This document shows positions 13,673-25,215 of a DNA stretch of 64,000 nucleotides, piece after piece (the stretch's first letter is position 1; the number at the start of each line of letters is the position of its first letter). Origin of the DNA: Octopus vulgaris (taxonomy: Eukaryota); contig OX597833.1 of NCBI GenBank assembly GCA_951406725.2, forward strand, positions 44,144,001 to 44,208,000. The letters are read 5' to 3'. The notes beneath the pieces are model-generated. The model was not told the DNA's origin. It saw only the letters and a list, made by a program, of their open reading frames with translations, and did not search any database. A program made the position numbers and the translations under genes.

Positions 13673-13784
13673 GTCAGTTTACTCGTTCTATTTTTACTTC
13701 CGTTTCTTGTTTTGCACGTATTCAACTCCATTGTCTTTATTTTTATTTCTATTGCGTGTTTCTATTGCACTATCGAACACAAGT

Positions 13785-14144
13785 TTCATCCAGTCAGGTC
13801 AATTGCCCAGGCCAGCCTGACTACCTCTCTCCATCACTCCTGATCTTCCATTAGTGTTTTTAGGCCTTCAACTTGGCATCCAACATCTTCTGCAAGCTGT
13901 TGTATATATGTCTTCCGTGGTCTTCCAGTCGCTGTGGTACCGTGATTTGGTGCCCACAACAACTCCTTACTCACAAGTTTTTCTTTACTTCTCCAGCAAT
14001 GGTCAGCAAAACCCAATGTCCGCTCTTATATGATTGATGAGAAAGTTGATACATTCCCATATAACCTTTGTTTTGTTGGGTGCTCCCTCCATTAAATGTA
14101 GGGCACTGCACGTAACATTCTGGTGTAGGTACCGTCCAGCATGC
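13785..14144 (-). mobile_element. 3' fragment of an RTE/RTE-X LINE (also ~55970-56330)
   Basis: FADHCWRSKEKLVSKELLW.P.HG...GRPRKTYIQQL C-terminal motif. Confidence 0.75.
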
Positions 14145-14719
14145 ACATGCACTTAAGTCCCTCTCTTTCTTTTCTCTCTTTTACTTATTTCAGTCATTTG
14201 ACAGCGGCCATGCTAGAGCACCGCCTTTAGTCGAGCAAATCAACACCGGGACTTATTCTTTGTAAGCCCAGTACTTATTCTATTGGTCTCTTTTGCCGAA
14301 CCGCCAAGTGCATGTCTGTATATGCATGCATGAATGTATGTAAATATGTTTGCGTATGTGAATATATCTGTATCTATATATGTGTCCACATATTCATACA
14401 TGCGCACACACACACATACATACACGCACACACGCAAATATATATAATTGCACACAAATACATGCTTATGTGTAAGTAAATATACACGTGTTTGAATGTG
14501 TCATTCATCTGTTGTGGAGTTATTGCTAGTCTTTGGTTCCACACAGCCTTAGCACTGCTTACACAGTTAACCACTTCTAAGCAACAGTTCCCAAAGTCCA
14601 GGATTAACAATAATTGGAGTGTTGTCAAATGTTTTAGTCTTGTATGAAGATTGTAGTTTACATTAGTGAAACTACTCTTTTATTGTGAGGCCCTTTGTTC
14701 GAAGATAAGCATATTTCGA

Positions 14720-14921
14720 TTCTCTTTACTCTTTTTACTCTTTTATTTGTTTCAGTCATTTGACTGCGGCCATGCTGGCGCACCGCCTTTAGTCGAGCAA
14801 ATCGACCCAGGGTCTTATTCTTTGTAAGCCCAGTACTTATTCTATCGGTATCTTTTGCCGAACCGCTAAGTGACGGGGACGTAAATAAAACAGCATCGGT
14901 TGTCAAGCAATGCTAGGGGGA

Positions 14922-14984
<63 letters not shown>

Positions 14985-15155
14985 TTATATATATATACGA
15001 CAGGCTTCTTTCAGTTTCCGTCTACCAAATCCACTCACAAGGCATTAGTCGGCCCGGGGCTATAGCAGAAGACACTTGCCCAAGATGCCACGCAGTGGGA
15101 CTGAACCCCGAACCATGTGGTTGGTTAGCAAGCTACTTACCACACAGCCACTCCC
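14720..15155 (-). mobile_element. Composite SINE with internal (TA)/(TG) microsatellite (copy B ~56900-57325)
   Basis: ggctgtgtggtaagtagc...ggttcggggttcagtcccactgcgtggca head. Same family on the + strand at ~9492-9913, with partials at ~9005-9280 and 14160-14310. Confidence 0.75.
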
Positions 15156-15187
15156 TGGCCTATTCGTTTTTGTTTTTTTCTTTTCAG

Positions 15188-15496
15188 TGAGATCTTTCAT
15201 TAAGAAACTTGAATTTCTTAACCCGCCCGCTGAAGTAAACAAGCTAGCGATCTTCAGATGTTCAGCATACATCGGTGCACCTTTTGGCGCTACTGACTTT
15301 TTATGGAGTCATGAGACAAAACACCAGATGTGGATAAATGTGAGTCAAGTGCATGTTCGACCGCATGGAAAGTGTTTATCTCCAGCAGTGTCAATTAAGA
15401 AAATCGTTATAAGAGAGGGGGACATTGGTAACTCATGTTCCGTCTCATGTTCCGTATACAGTGAATCACGCACTCTACAGCTCACCAGCAAAACAG
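15188..15496 (+). CDS. Copy A exon 3: Ig-like domain 2 (C2-like)
   Basis: Acceptor tttttttcttttcag, donor AG|GTAAAC, 309 nt, phase 1-1. Encodes AIFRCSAYIGAPFGATDFLW ... GKC ... SVSCSV (C, W, C core). Confidence 0.85.
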
Positions 15497-16024
15497 GTAA
15501 ACAAATTTTCTTTGTGTTATCTTCCTTAACGCCTTTATATATTCTTGTTCATTAATATCTCCTGATACAATATTTCTGGTTAAATTACACCTTCCAGTAA
15601 ATTTGTACATCCATTCACGGTTATATTGACAATTATATTTATCCTTGAAAGGTATATCATTACGATTAACCAAAATTATATAGTTTCTTTTTTAAGATTC
15701 TGGAGATATTTAGTTGATATAAGAAGCTGCATCCTTTAAATGCACTCTATATGACATGGTTTGCATAAAGTCCTCCTTATGGCGGAAATTGTAGTGAAAA
15801 CGTCCGTACAGCACGGAAAAGCGGACTTTCTCATTATAAATACATACACATGCACGCTTGCACGTATACACGTACCCACGCAGGAACGCACGAACACGCA
15901 CACACACTTGCATACACACACGGACACACTATACACACAGTCGTAAAGAAATGGTGCACCCCGTCCCACGTGGCAAAGTGGTATGACTCAGCCACTATAA
16001 AGTCAGCAATCATTTGTTGTTTGG

Positions 16025-17330
16025 TCAGTCAGTAGTAGCAGAGTTGTTATTTCATTTGCAGGCTAGTTAACATCTTTAATTTTTCTGTGATTTGAATTGG
16101 TTTTCACTGTGTTTGACTGTTTTGTGTCCAACGGCACATCGTTTTGCTGCCTAAGGCGGCTTTGTTGACGCTTTCCTCCTTGTTTGAAAGGGAGGCGCGG
16201 TAATGGAGACCGAGAACTGAAAAGGTTAGCTCCTCAGACTTGTCGTCCGAGGAGGATCTTGTTAAAAGTTTGAAAAAGATTGACGAGGCGATGGAGGCCA
16301 AGAACTCCAGGCGGTTAAAGATAAATGTGAGGACGTATGCTTGGAAGAATTGAATCAATTCAAGGAAATCTTTGAAATTGAGGGAAACGATGTAAAGGTG
16401 TTCCTTTCCAGTGGGACAACGGAACGAGTTAAAAAGAAGAACCGTACTGTGCAGAACTTACAGTTTGTAATTACAGCGAACAGAGGTCGCAACCACAACA
16501 CAGGTTGAAAAGGCATAGAGGAAGTGAAGGAAGTGAATATGGAAGGAAGTGAATTAGCTTGCCAGAAGCAGAAGATATGCAACGGGGGAGGTACGTTTTG
16601 CGTCGAAGTCTTGGGCCAGGTAGCATGGCGTGACTCCCTTCAAAACGGGTGAAGTGGTCTTTCTAACCATTTACCTGGGAAGGCGTGCTTCTGGGGTAAG
16701 GGTAGAAAAGATCCCTCCTTAGGTGGGGGTAGCCTGGCTAGTTGCTGCCATCCCGTTTGAAATGGCAGACAAGTTTGTGAGCTTCCAGGCCAAAAGTGTA
16801 CCACAAAGAAATTGGCACTGGAAATGATAGTCCAGGCCGCCGTGGGAGATTCAGAGAAGATGGTAGAAACCATCACATTTAGAGAGGATATAAAGCTGAG
16901 AGTCTTAGTGGATAGCAGGACTCACTGTTGCTTTAAATGCGGTCAAAAATGCACATAAAACAGGATACACTCCACCTGCCGCAAAGGAACCAACGAAAGT
17001 AACTGCACCTCCACCGCTTGCGATGTCATGTGTGAGCAAAAAAGAACCGGAGAAGGAGGAAGATAATCAGGTGGCAGAAGAGAAACATGGATGGAATACG
17101 GCACCAAAGAAACGGAAGAATGGGAAAAGAACAAATCAAGGCGAAAATGTGAATTCCTACCCTACTCCCACCCTGCCCTACGCTGTCCCACCATCTCCCT
17201 GCAGTCACCAGCAGCAACTCAAAGAACAAGAACGGCTATTTCTTTATTGCCCACAGGGCCAAACATAGAGGGGACGATACAAATGAGGGAGGAGTGGATA
17301 AAACGAATGATTTTAGAATAGATGAATAGT
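16025..17330 (+). mobile_element. Decayed LINE 5' end / ORF1-like fragment (also ~58200-59505)
   Basis: Purine-rich broken frame with a CFKCGQ zinc-knuckle remnant near 16930. Shares the leader cagtcagtagtag with 19360. Confidence 0.45.
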
Positions 17331-17479
17331 TAAAAATTTACGTTAAGAATTTTTATAAATAGGATTATACTATGCGGATTCTTCATTCTCAACAAACTCG
17401 CTACAGCTTTCCATCGTTTTCCGTATAAATCAGGTGACAGGCATTTTATCTCCACCCTTATTTTTCTCTTAAGATGGTA

Positions 17480-18995
17480 GATGAGGAAATTAACCAGTCC
17501 AAGGCTGGAGATGAAGATGCCTCTCACGATTCTTTTCACGTGGGTCTTCCATACTACTTCTTTCGGTATAGTGACCACAATGAGAAAACGAGCCGTGCTG
17601 TCTTTGTTAAAAGAGGAAGCAGGAACAATCTATACAATCGACTCGAAAGACAGTTGTACTCTTCCCAGCCGCGCCAGCGGGTGTTCAAGGTAAACCCACA
17701 TTTTGGAAATTTTGGGTCATTGTACAATCGCGTGCGGAACAGTTTCCCTGTCCTGCTCGCATCATGGGCGCGCGGGTGCGCAAGGTTCACCATGCTTTAC
17801 GAGTTTATCGCGAAATGGTAAGGCTCCTCAGTAACACTGCCAGGTGGGGAATCTTTGGAAGTTATCCAAGGGTCTTGGCCCAAGTGTCCTTCGGAACAGG
17901 CAGGCTAGTTGACCCTCATCGAAGCCTAGAGTCTTCCCCCCACATCGTCGTCACACTGAACCTCAACCAACCCTCTATAAAAATACGAAGTGGAACCCCC
18001 TCCGCTGGCGTTGCCCACGTGACAGAGAAGCTTGAGTGCCTCACAACACTTCGCTTGCCAAGCACTCAACTTTCGTCTACACTTGACCCAATGTCCTAGT
18101 TCACTCAAATTAGTAAGCTTAGGAAATAACAACCGACCGGACGGAGACCACACCTGTTCACTATCCAGGTAGAGACACAGATACCTCAGCATCAGCGCAC
18201 GTCTGCGCATCAACAGCCAAGACATCCCTTGCCCACCATTTAGTGGGTCCTGGCAGCAGTCAGAGCGCTTTACAAGAGGACTTCTACTCCACAAAAAACG
18301 GAAGAGCAGCCCCTCTAAATTGATCAGCCACGAACGGGGGCAAGGCACGACGGTTAGGCGGTAGGTAATCATAGAAGCGATAAACACAACAGCGACCTCT
18401 GCCCTTCCTTTCAGGGAGAGCCGCCACTGAGACCAGGTCTGAGTTAGCTGGATCACCCTGCTCGTCACCTCGCTCCAATACTTTATCTGGAGATCTGGAC
18501 AAAACTAAACCCCTAGCATTTTAACCAGCCCCTCCGTCCAACGCCCTACGACGTTGTTGGAAGGTATCGTCTTGCCTTTGCCGAGTTGCAAGCCGACTGA
18601 CTTATTCCAGTTAACTTTTGCTCCTGCGTCATAGCCTTTAATGGCTTTGCCTACCCTCTGTAGGTGTACCATTTCGGACACTACGATGGTGATGTAATTC
18701 GCATACGCCGAAACCTTCCCACTGCAACCTAGATCTCGTGGGACGCACTTTAATCTCTCCAACTTCCACAGCAAGAACTCTAGAGCCAATACATACAGAG
18801 GTGGGAGAGAGGACACCTTTGTTGAACAGAGTGCTTGATGTTGAACGGCTTCAAGAAGAACCCGTTCGCCCGAACGATCGACTCAATGTTACTGTATAAA
18901 GCAATGATCCACCCTCTACAGACGGGGCCGAACCCGAATGCTGTAAGGACCAACACCGGATACCGATGGTCAACCTTGTCAAAAGCTTTGATGAA
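17480..18995 (-). mobile_element. Degenerate Tx1/L1-clade LINE ORF2 fragment (RT and C-terminus)
   Basis: KAFDKVDHRY, GFGP..GWI.ALY, decayed QGCPLSPLLY and AYADD motifs, W....LSLKGRA. Boundaries approximate. Confidence 0.8.
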
Positions 18996-19359
18996 TTTTA
19001 ATTGACAGGAAAAACTATTAAAAATTAAAAGCAAACTTTTAATGGTACACCTGGGAACGAAGTAAACCCATTAGGGGTAGAAATAAGATACGATCCTCTG
19101 CCTCCTGTGTTGGATTTCGAAAAACTGAAACCGCTTTCAATTTGCTAAGATAATTATTCGGATAAACGTTGGATTAAAAATAGTGTAAAATATAGTTAAA
19201 ATGGTACTACACGGAAGTGAGGTCGAGTAGTAGCCATTACATCATTTTTATATAATTTCATTTCATTCATCCGTTTATGTTGTTTGTCCCACTTGTGCAT
19301 TGTAGTCTGTCCTTGTTCGTCCCCTCTCTGTATGCCCTTGTAGGCAATAGAGAAACAAG

Positions 19360-20160
19360 GTCAGTCAGTAGTAGAGAAAAATTTGGTGAGTTAAAGTTGT
19401 ATCATTTGCTGGCGTTATATTGTTGTTTAATTGTTGTAGTGTTCCTTGAACACTTAAGTTTGTGCTGTCTTGCGGCAGTTTATTTGTGCTTTCCCTCCTC
19501 ATAGAAGAAGGTAGACTGAATAAAAAGAAAAGATGTCAGAAGAGGAAGATATCAGCTACTCAAAACTGTCCTCGTCGGAACAGTCGGAGCAATCGTCGTC
19601 GTCAGAGATTTCGTGGAGTACAATAGAGAAACTGAACGAAGAACGGATAACAGAGAACAAAAACTTCGCAGAAATCGCAAAGTGTAAGGAATATCAAATC
19701 GGATGGGAAAAATGGAGAAATTACATGACAATGATGAGTCACGAAGATAGACATAATGACTACTGACAAAATAGAGAAGGCACTAAGGCCAATCTGACAA
19801 GAGATAACGTATCTTACCGGGGGCAAGTATGGAAATGTAGAGGTGAGATTTAATGAGGCAGAAAAGGCAAAGGAGAACGCGGCAACCATTATAAAGAGTG
19901 ATGAAGTGATACTATTATATATATGTACAATAGAAGGCGTGCTTTAAAAGTTAGCGTAGAGGGAATCCCACCAGAAGTTGACGTGGTCTGGATAGCAGCC
20001 ACTGTCCTACATGGAAATGAGAAAGAGATAGCGGTTCTCCAGGCCACAACGACGGAAAGTAGGCATTGCGAAGGCCAAACCGTAAACACGGTCATTCAAG
20101 CGCCAAAGAAAACTATTGAGAAAATGCCAGAAACGATAACGATAGATGATGTAATAATGG
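19360..20160 (+). mobile_element. Second decayed ORF1-like LINE fragment (also ~61513-62310)
   Basis: Leader cagtcagtagtag. Broken frame MSEEEDISYS... and KVSVEGIPPEVDVVWIAA, which resembles RRM-type ORF1. Confidence 0.45.
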
Positions 20161-20781
20161 CCCGATTTCAATCAAATTTTCAACATAGTAAAGTGGAAGC
20201 GGATTTGTAATTTAAGCGTGGAAATGGGTTCAAAGTTTGAAAATTAAGGCGATATTTCTGAAGTTGAAAAAAATTTCTTTTACGTATTTTTGCTTTTTAG
20301 TTTTTATTGTTTACAGTTTAGAGCTTTCATTTGAATGGTCAATCGTCGAAAACTTCCCAAAATAAGTACTAAATTTAACAAAGAAATCCATTTTTTCCTT
20401 ATTTTTAATCACTCAAATAGTGACACGTACAAAAGGCATGTGTGCTTTCCGTTTTCACTGCGGTCACATGAGATCTGGACAAAACTAAACCCCTAGCATT
20501 TTAACCAGCCCCTCCGTCCAACGCCCTACGACGTTGTTGGAAGGTATCGTCTTGCCTTGCCCGGTGCCGAGTTGCAAGCCGACTGACTTATTCCAGTTAA
20601 CTTTTGCTCCTGCGTCATAGCCTTTGCTTTCCGTTTTCACTGCGGTCACATTTTGAATGATAAACATTTTGATTTCATTTCCAATTTGGAAAACAAAACT
20701 GCATTGAAAACTAAGATAAAAACTTAAATATTATGTTTCTATATATTATTTTGTTTATAATTTTAAAATTTTTATTTCTAG

Positions 20782-20814
20782 GTACTGAGCAGAAAGCAAT
20801 CAGAGACAATGCAG
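20782..20814 (+). CDS. Copy A exon 4: 33-nt linker microexon (GTEQKAIRDNA)
   Basis: Acceptor tttttatttctag, donor CAG|GTATCT, phase 1-1. Identical in three places (20782, 31602, 63951). Confidence 0.65.
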
Positions 20815-22072
20815 GTATCTTTAATCTTCTAACTTTTGCTTCTTTCAGTTACTGGATGGTGGCCATGCTGGGCTATTTTCTAATAGTCTTTGTCATACTT
20901 ATTCCCGAACTGATACGTTGTGGGCACGTAAACAAACCAACACTGGTTTTCCAGTGATGGTGGGGAACAAACACTAATGTACACATCTATACATACATAC
21001 ATGCACACATACACACACTCACACACACATACATACACACAGATACCGCGCACACACAAATATATACACGACATTCTTGGGTCAAGCATAGACCTATGCA
21101 GAGTACCTGACACCTAGTGTGACATCAGGCGCTCACACCTCTGTCAGCAGGGTATTGGTCTTAGTGGACGTTGCACCGAGATCATCTACTCACAATTGGT
21201 GGTGAGTAAAAGTGACAACATCCTCTAGGAATCTCTGAGTGTCAAGGAAGGCCAACTGCCCAGTCGTTTTCGAAGAAGTTTTGCGCCGGGTTCCATTGAT
21301 AATTTACAAAAATCCCTTGCCTGGCAGTGCTACAGAATAACATTGCCGATTCGTAATAAAGTGTACCGGCATGATATTCCCCTCAGCTGCTCTTGCCCTT
21401 GATGCACATTGCATGATGAAGATTTTCTACACGTATTAGTATAGTGCTTGAGCATCGTTGATTTCTGGAGTTACGTCTACCAGCTGCAATCACTTCTCGG
21501 ACGGATCTGGTTATAGGTCGAATCCAAAGTGAAGATTGCTTCCTTGCATTCCTTTTATCTTGAAGGGTAGGCAGATTTCCTCCATTAGGTGCTTTTGGTG
21601 AAAGATGATGCGATTAATGAGAAAGAGACCAAACCTTCATTGACTTCATGTTTAAAAGGAAAGTGAGCGTGGAGAGCAAGGTCCTTTCTCCCAGTAAAAC
21701 TTACACTGTGGATGAATATAGCAAGAATGGCTCGAGTGGTGTCGTAACCTAAGCGTGCCCAGGTAGTTACAGAAGCATGGAGGAGAGAGAAACACAACAG
21801 TATTTCTGGTGAACAGGGTGACTCAGGATTACTTGGTTACTGTGAGGTTACTTGGTTACTGTGAGGTTACTTGGTTACCCTTGGCGGCATTTTGTCCGGC
21901 TTTCTGAGTTAAAATGCCACCGAAGTTGACTTTACTTTTCATTCTTTCAGAGTCAATGAATTAGGCACCAATTGAATACTGGAGTTGATGTAATCGATGT
22001 CCACCTTCAACAAAGTTTTTGGTCTTGTACCAAAATTAAAATGAAATGTGCTTTTTTTACTTTCTATTACAG

Positions 22073-22153
22073 ATAAATTATCTGATGCAAATATTATTAC
22101 TAAGATTTTGAAATTTGCAGCAACACTGCTTTGTTATTGGCCATTTTCATTAA
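22073..22153 (+). CDS. Copy A exon 5: hydrophobic C-terminus. Has one extra T versus the copy at 33035, which shifts the frame before the TAA at 22151-22153
   Basis: Acceptor ctttttttactttctattacag, phase 1. Encodes DKLSDANIITKILKFAATLL. Reads ctgctttgtt here versus ctgcttgtt at ~33090. Confidence 0.55.
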
Positions 22154-23364
22154 GGATTTCGGAAAACAAGCCCCAGCAGAATCAAAAAGTGGTTAGTATT
22201 GTATTTTTCATTTTCGTTCCTTTGATTTTGTTATTCTTCTATATAATATATTTCTTTACTACCCACAGAGGGGTATGTATGTATGTATGTAAACACAGAG
22301 GGGACAAACAAGGACAGATTGAGTTGATTACATCGACTCCAGTGCGTAACTGGTACTTAATTTATCGACCCCGAAAGGATGAAAGGCAAAGTCGACATCG
22401 GCGGAATTTGAACTCAGAACGTAACGGCAGACGAAATACGGCTACGCATTTCGCCCCGCATGCTAACGTTTCTGCCAGCTCGCCGTCGTTCTTCTATATA
22501 ATATTATTGATTAAGTTTGCGATTATGTCGCAGTGGAAATGGTACACCCCTCCCACGGGACAAATGGTATGATTCAGCCACTATAAAGTGCGACAACGTC
22601 AACCAGTACGGGTAGTCGTCTATCAGTCGTTGTAGAATAGTTGCACGAGTTCTCTGTTGGAGTTAAGTGTCAGTTAAGGGTTATAGTCGCGTTCGACTCA
22701 ACAGTGATGGTAGGCGGTTCAAAGACGCTGTTTTGCAGAGCTATCAGCAATAGCACGATAGACGAAGCGATGTATTACTACTCCGGTATAGAAGAGATAA
22801 ACTGTATCCGATACCAGAAAAATGGCCACTATAGTAGATACAACAGCTACAGTCACGACAGGGACCACACATTATAGATATGGAAAACACCACATCATAA
22901 CAGCTTACTGCATTGGTTTTATTCAAAACTCATCGTTATGGTCATTCTTCTTTAATATTTAGATAAACATTCATCGAGCAAAAGCATTCGATTACTGAAC
23001 ATCCCATGTTTTCACGGACGTAGATAATCTTGTTTACTTGTTTCAGTCATTGGACTGCGACCACGCTTGGCTACCAGCTTAAACTGTCGAACAAAGAGGC
23101 CTCACTACCTATTTTTAAGTTTGGTACTTATTCGATCATCACTTTTACCAAACCTCTAAATTATGGATCCGTATTCAAGCAACACCAGATGTGAAGCGCT
23201 GGCTGAAGTTAAATACATACATACGTACATACATACATACGTACATATATACATACATACATACATACATACATACATACATACATACATACATACATAC
23301 ATACATACATACATACGTACATACATACGTACATACATACTTACATACATAGGTACATACATAC

Positions 23365-25215
23365 GTGCAAAAGGAAGAACGCTTCAGTTATGATTACAAA
23401 ATCGCGGTAAACGCCAGTAGCAATCAAAAAACATTCTTTGCCCATGTCCAACGGAATTCCCGCTTGAACAACCAAATTGCAACGTTGGTAGACTCAACAG
23501 GCGTATCGATTGAGGACCCTTATCAACAAAGTCAATTATTTGCCGAGGCTTTTTCAACTATTTTCAAACAAGATGATGTCGTGAACCCCTCCATTTGATA
23601 GATCGGTACCTCCAATGCCTCGATTGGTCATCACGCGGTACGAGGTCAAACGTGTTATTCAAGGCCTCGATGTCAACAAGGGTCACGGCCCTGACGGCAT
23701 ACACCCACGGGTTATCAAAATGTTGGCTCCGGTCATCTGCGAGCCCTCAGCACGTCTATTCAATATGTCATTGGCGAAGGGTGTTATACCTGCGGACTGG
23801 AGAACAGCGATAATCTGCCCAATTTTCAAGAAAGGGAGCTGCGAAGACCCGCTTAACTACCGACCGGTTTCCCTTACATCAATAATCAGCAAGATGTTCG
23901 AAACCATCCTTAAGAAAAGTATGATGCTCCACCTCCAAAACACAGCCTCTATCTCTGATTCCCAACACGGCTTCGTGCCGAAGAGATCATGCTTGACCAA
24001 CTTACTGGTAATGAAAGAATTGGTGACGCGCATCCTCGATGATAGTGATGCTGTTGACATCGTTTTATTGAACTTTGCCAAAGCTTTTGACTCGGTAAAC
24101 CACCGCCTATTACTTGTCAAGCTTCAAGCATATAGTTTCCATCCGGATATTGTACGATGGGTTGGTGCCTTCCTCTCAGATCGCTCCTTCCAAGTCCAAG
24201 TTAATGGTTCGCGGTCCGACGTCTCCAGGGCGAGCAGTGGCGTGCCTCAAGGTTCAGTGCTTGGGCCCTTATTGTTCTTAGTCTTCATAAATGACTTGCC
24301 CGACGACCTCATGCAACACACCCTTCTATTTGCCGACGATGTCAAACTGCTCGCTCCTCGCGGTGATATAGAGGATCTTCGTCGATGCCTCCACCAAATT
24401 TGGAGGTGGTCTAACGAATGAGACATGTGTCTGAACGTGTCAAAGTGCTGTCATCTGCCTGTTGGCTCTCCTCCTGCAACTCAACTTGATTTCGAGCCGG
24501 GTCGTCTGCTGCTGAAGAGGACCGATCAGGTAAAGGACCTGGATATCTTGGTGGATTCCTCCTTTTCGCCTTCGGCCCAGTGAGTCCATGCTACCAACAA
24601 AGCACGCAGAATTCTGTTCTTGATTCGACGGTCATTCGGAAAGCTCACAGCAGCCATATTCCTACCGCTCTATGTCACGCTGGTGAGACCCATATTGGAG
24701 TACGGGATTCAAGCCTCTTCTCCTTATCTCCTCAAAGACATACAGCATCTCGAAAGAGTCCAGAAGCTGGCTATCCGCATGGTTCATGGTCTCAAGAATT
24801 TCTCTTATGAAGAAAGGCTGAAGACGCTCGACCTTTATTCTCTAGAAAAACGCCGCCGCCGTGGTGATCTCATTCTCGCTCACAACTTCATATGCGGAAA
24901 GTGTAACCTCTCGAAAGAGCTGTTCTTCACTCCTGCTCCAGAGCGTCGACTGCGGGGTCATTGCGAAAAGCTCTACCTGCGACGATTTCATCTCAATCGA
25001 AGGAGAGGAGCTTTCTCCGTCCGGGTTGCGGATCCGTGGAACAAGCTGCCAGACGAGATGATGAAGATGCCGACGACCGCTTTGTTCAAAGTCTCCCTTA
25101 ACCTCAAGTGGCCTGAATTCTTTACATGAACACCACCCTGTACTTAACTCCATGTCCCCCTACATGGCCTTGCTTTTGCATTTGAGCCAAAAAATTAACT
25201 AACTAACTAACTAAC
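23365..25215 (+). mobile_element. 5'-truncated CR1/L2-group LINE (RT pseudogene) with (TAAC)n tail
   Basis: Motifs GPDGIHP, NYRPVSLTS, QHGF, AKAFDSVNH, SGVPQGSVLGPLLF, FADDVK and C-terminal YEERL..LDLYSLEKRR.RGDLI. In-frame stops. Tail taactaactaac. Confidence 0.92.

Noticed and set aside
20733-20957. 74-aa hydrophobic ORF (two-TM-like peptide)
   Set aside because: Read-through of T-rich intron around the 33-nt exon 4 and a SINE remnant.
21075-21830. Moderate-GC block (also 2935-4040) as extra exons
   Set aside because: No open frame with matching splice phases, and indels between copies. Probably old unclassified transposon fragments.
21826-21878. Short tandem ggttacttggttactgtga repeats as a CRISPR-like array
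   Set aside because: Only 2-3 head-to-tail units with no unique spacers, in eukaryotic DNA with no cas genes.
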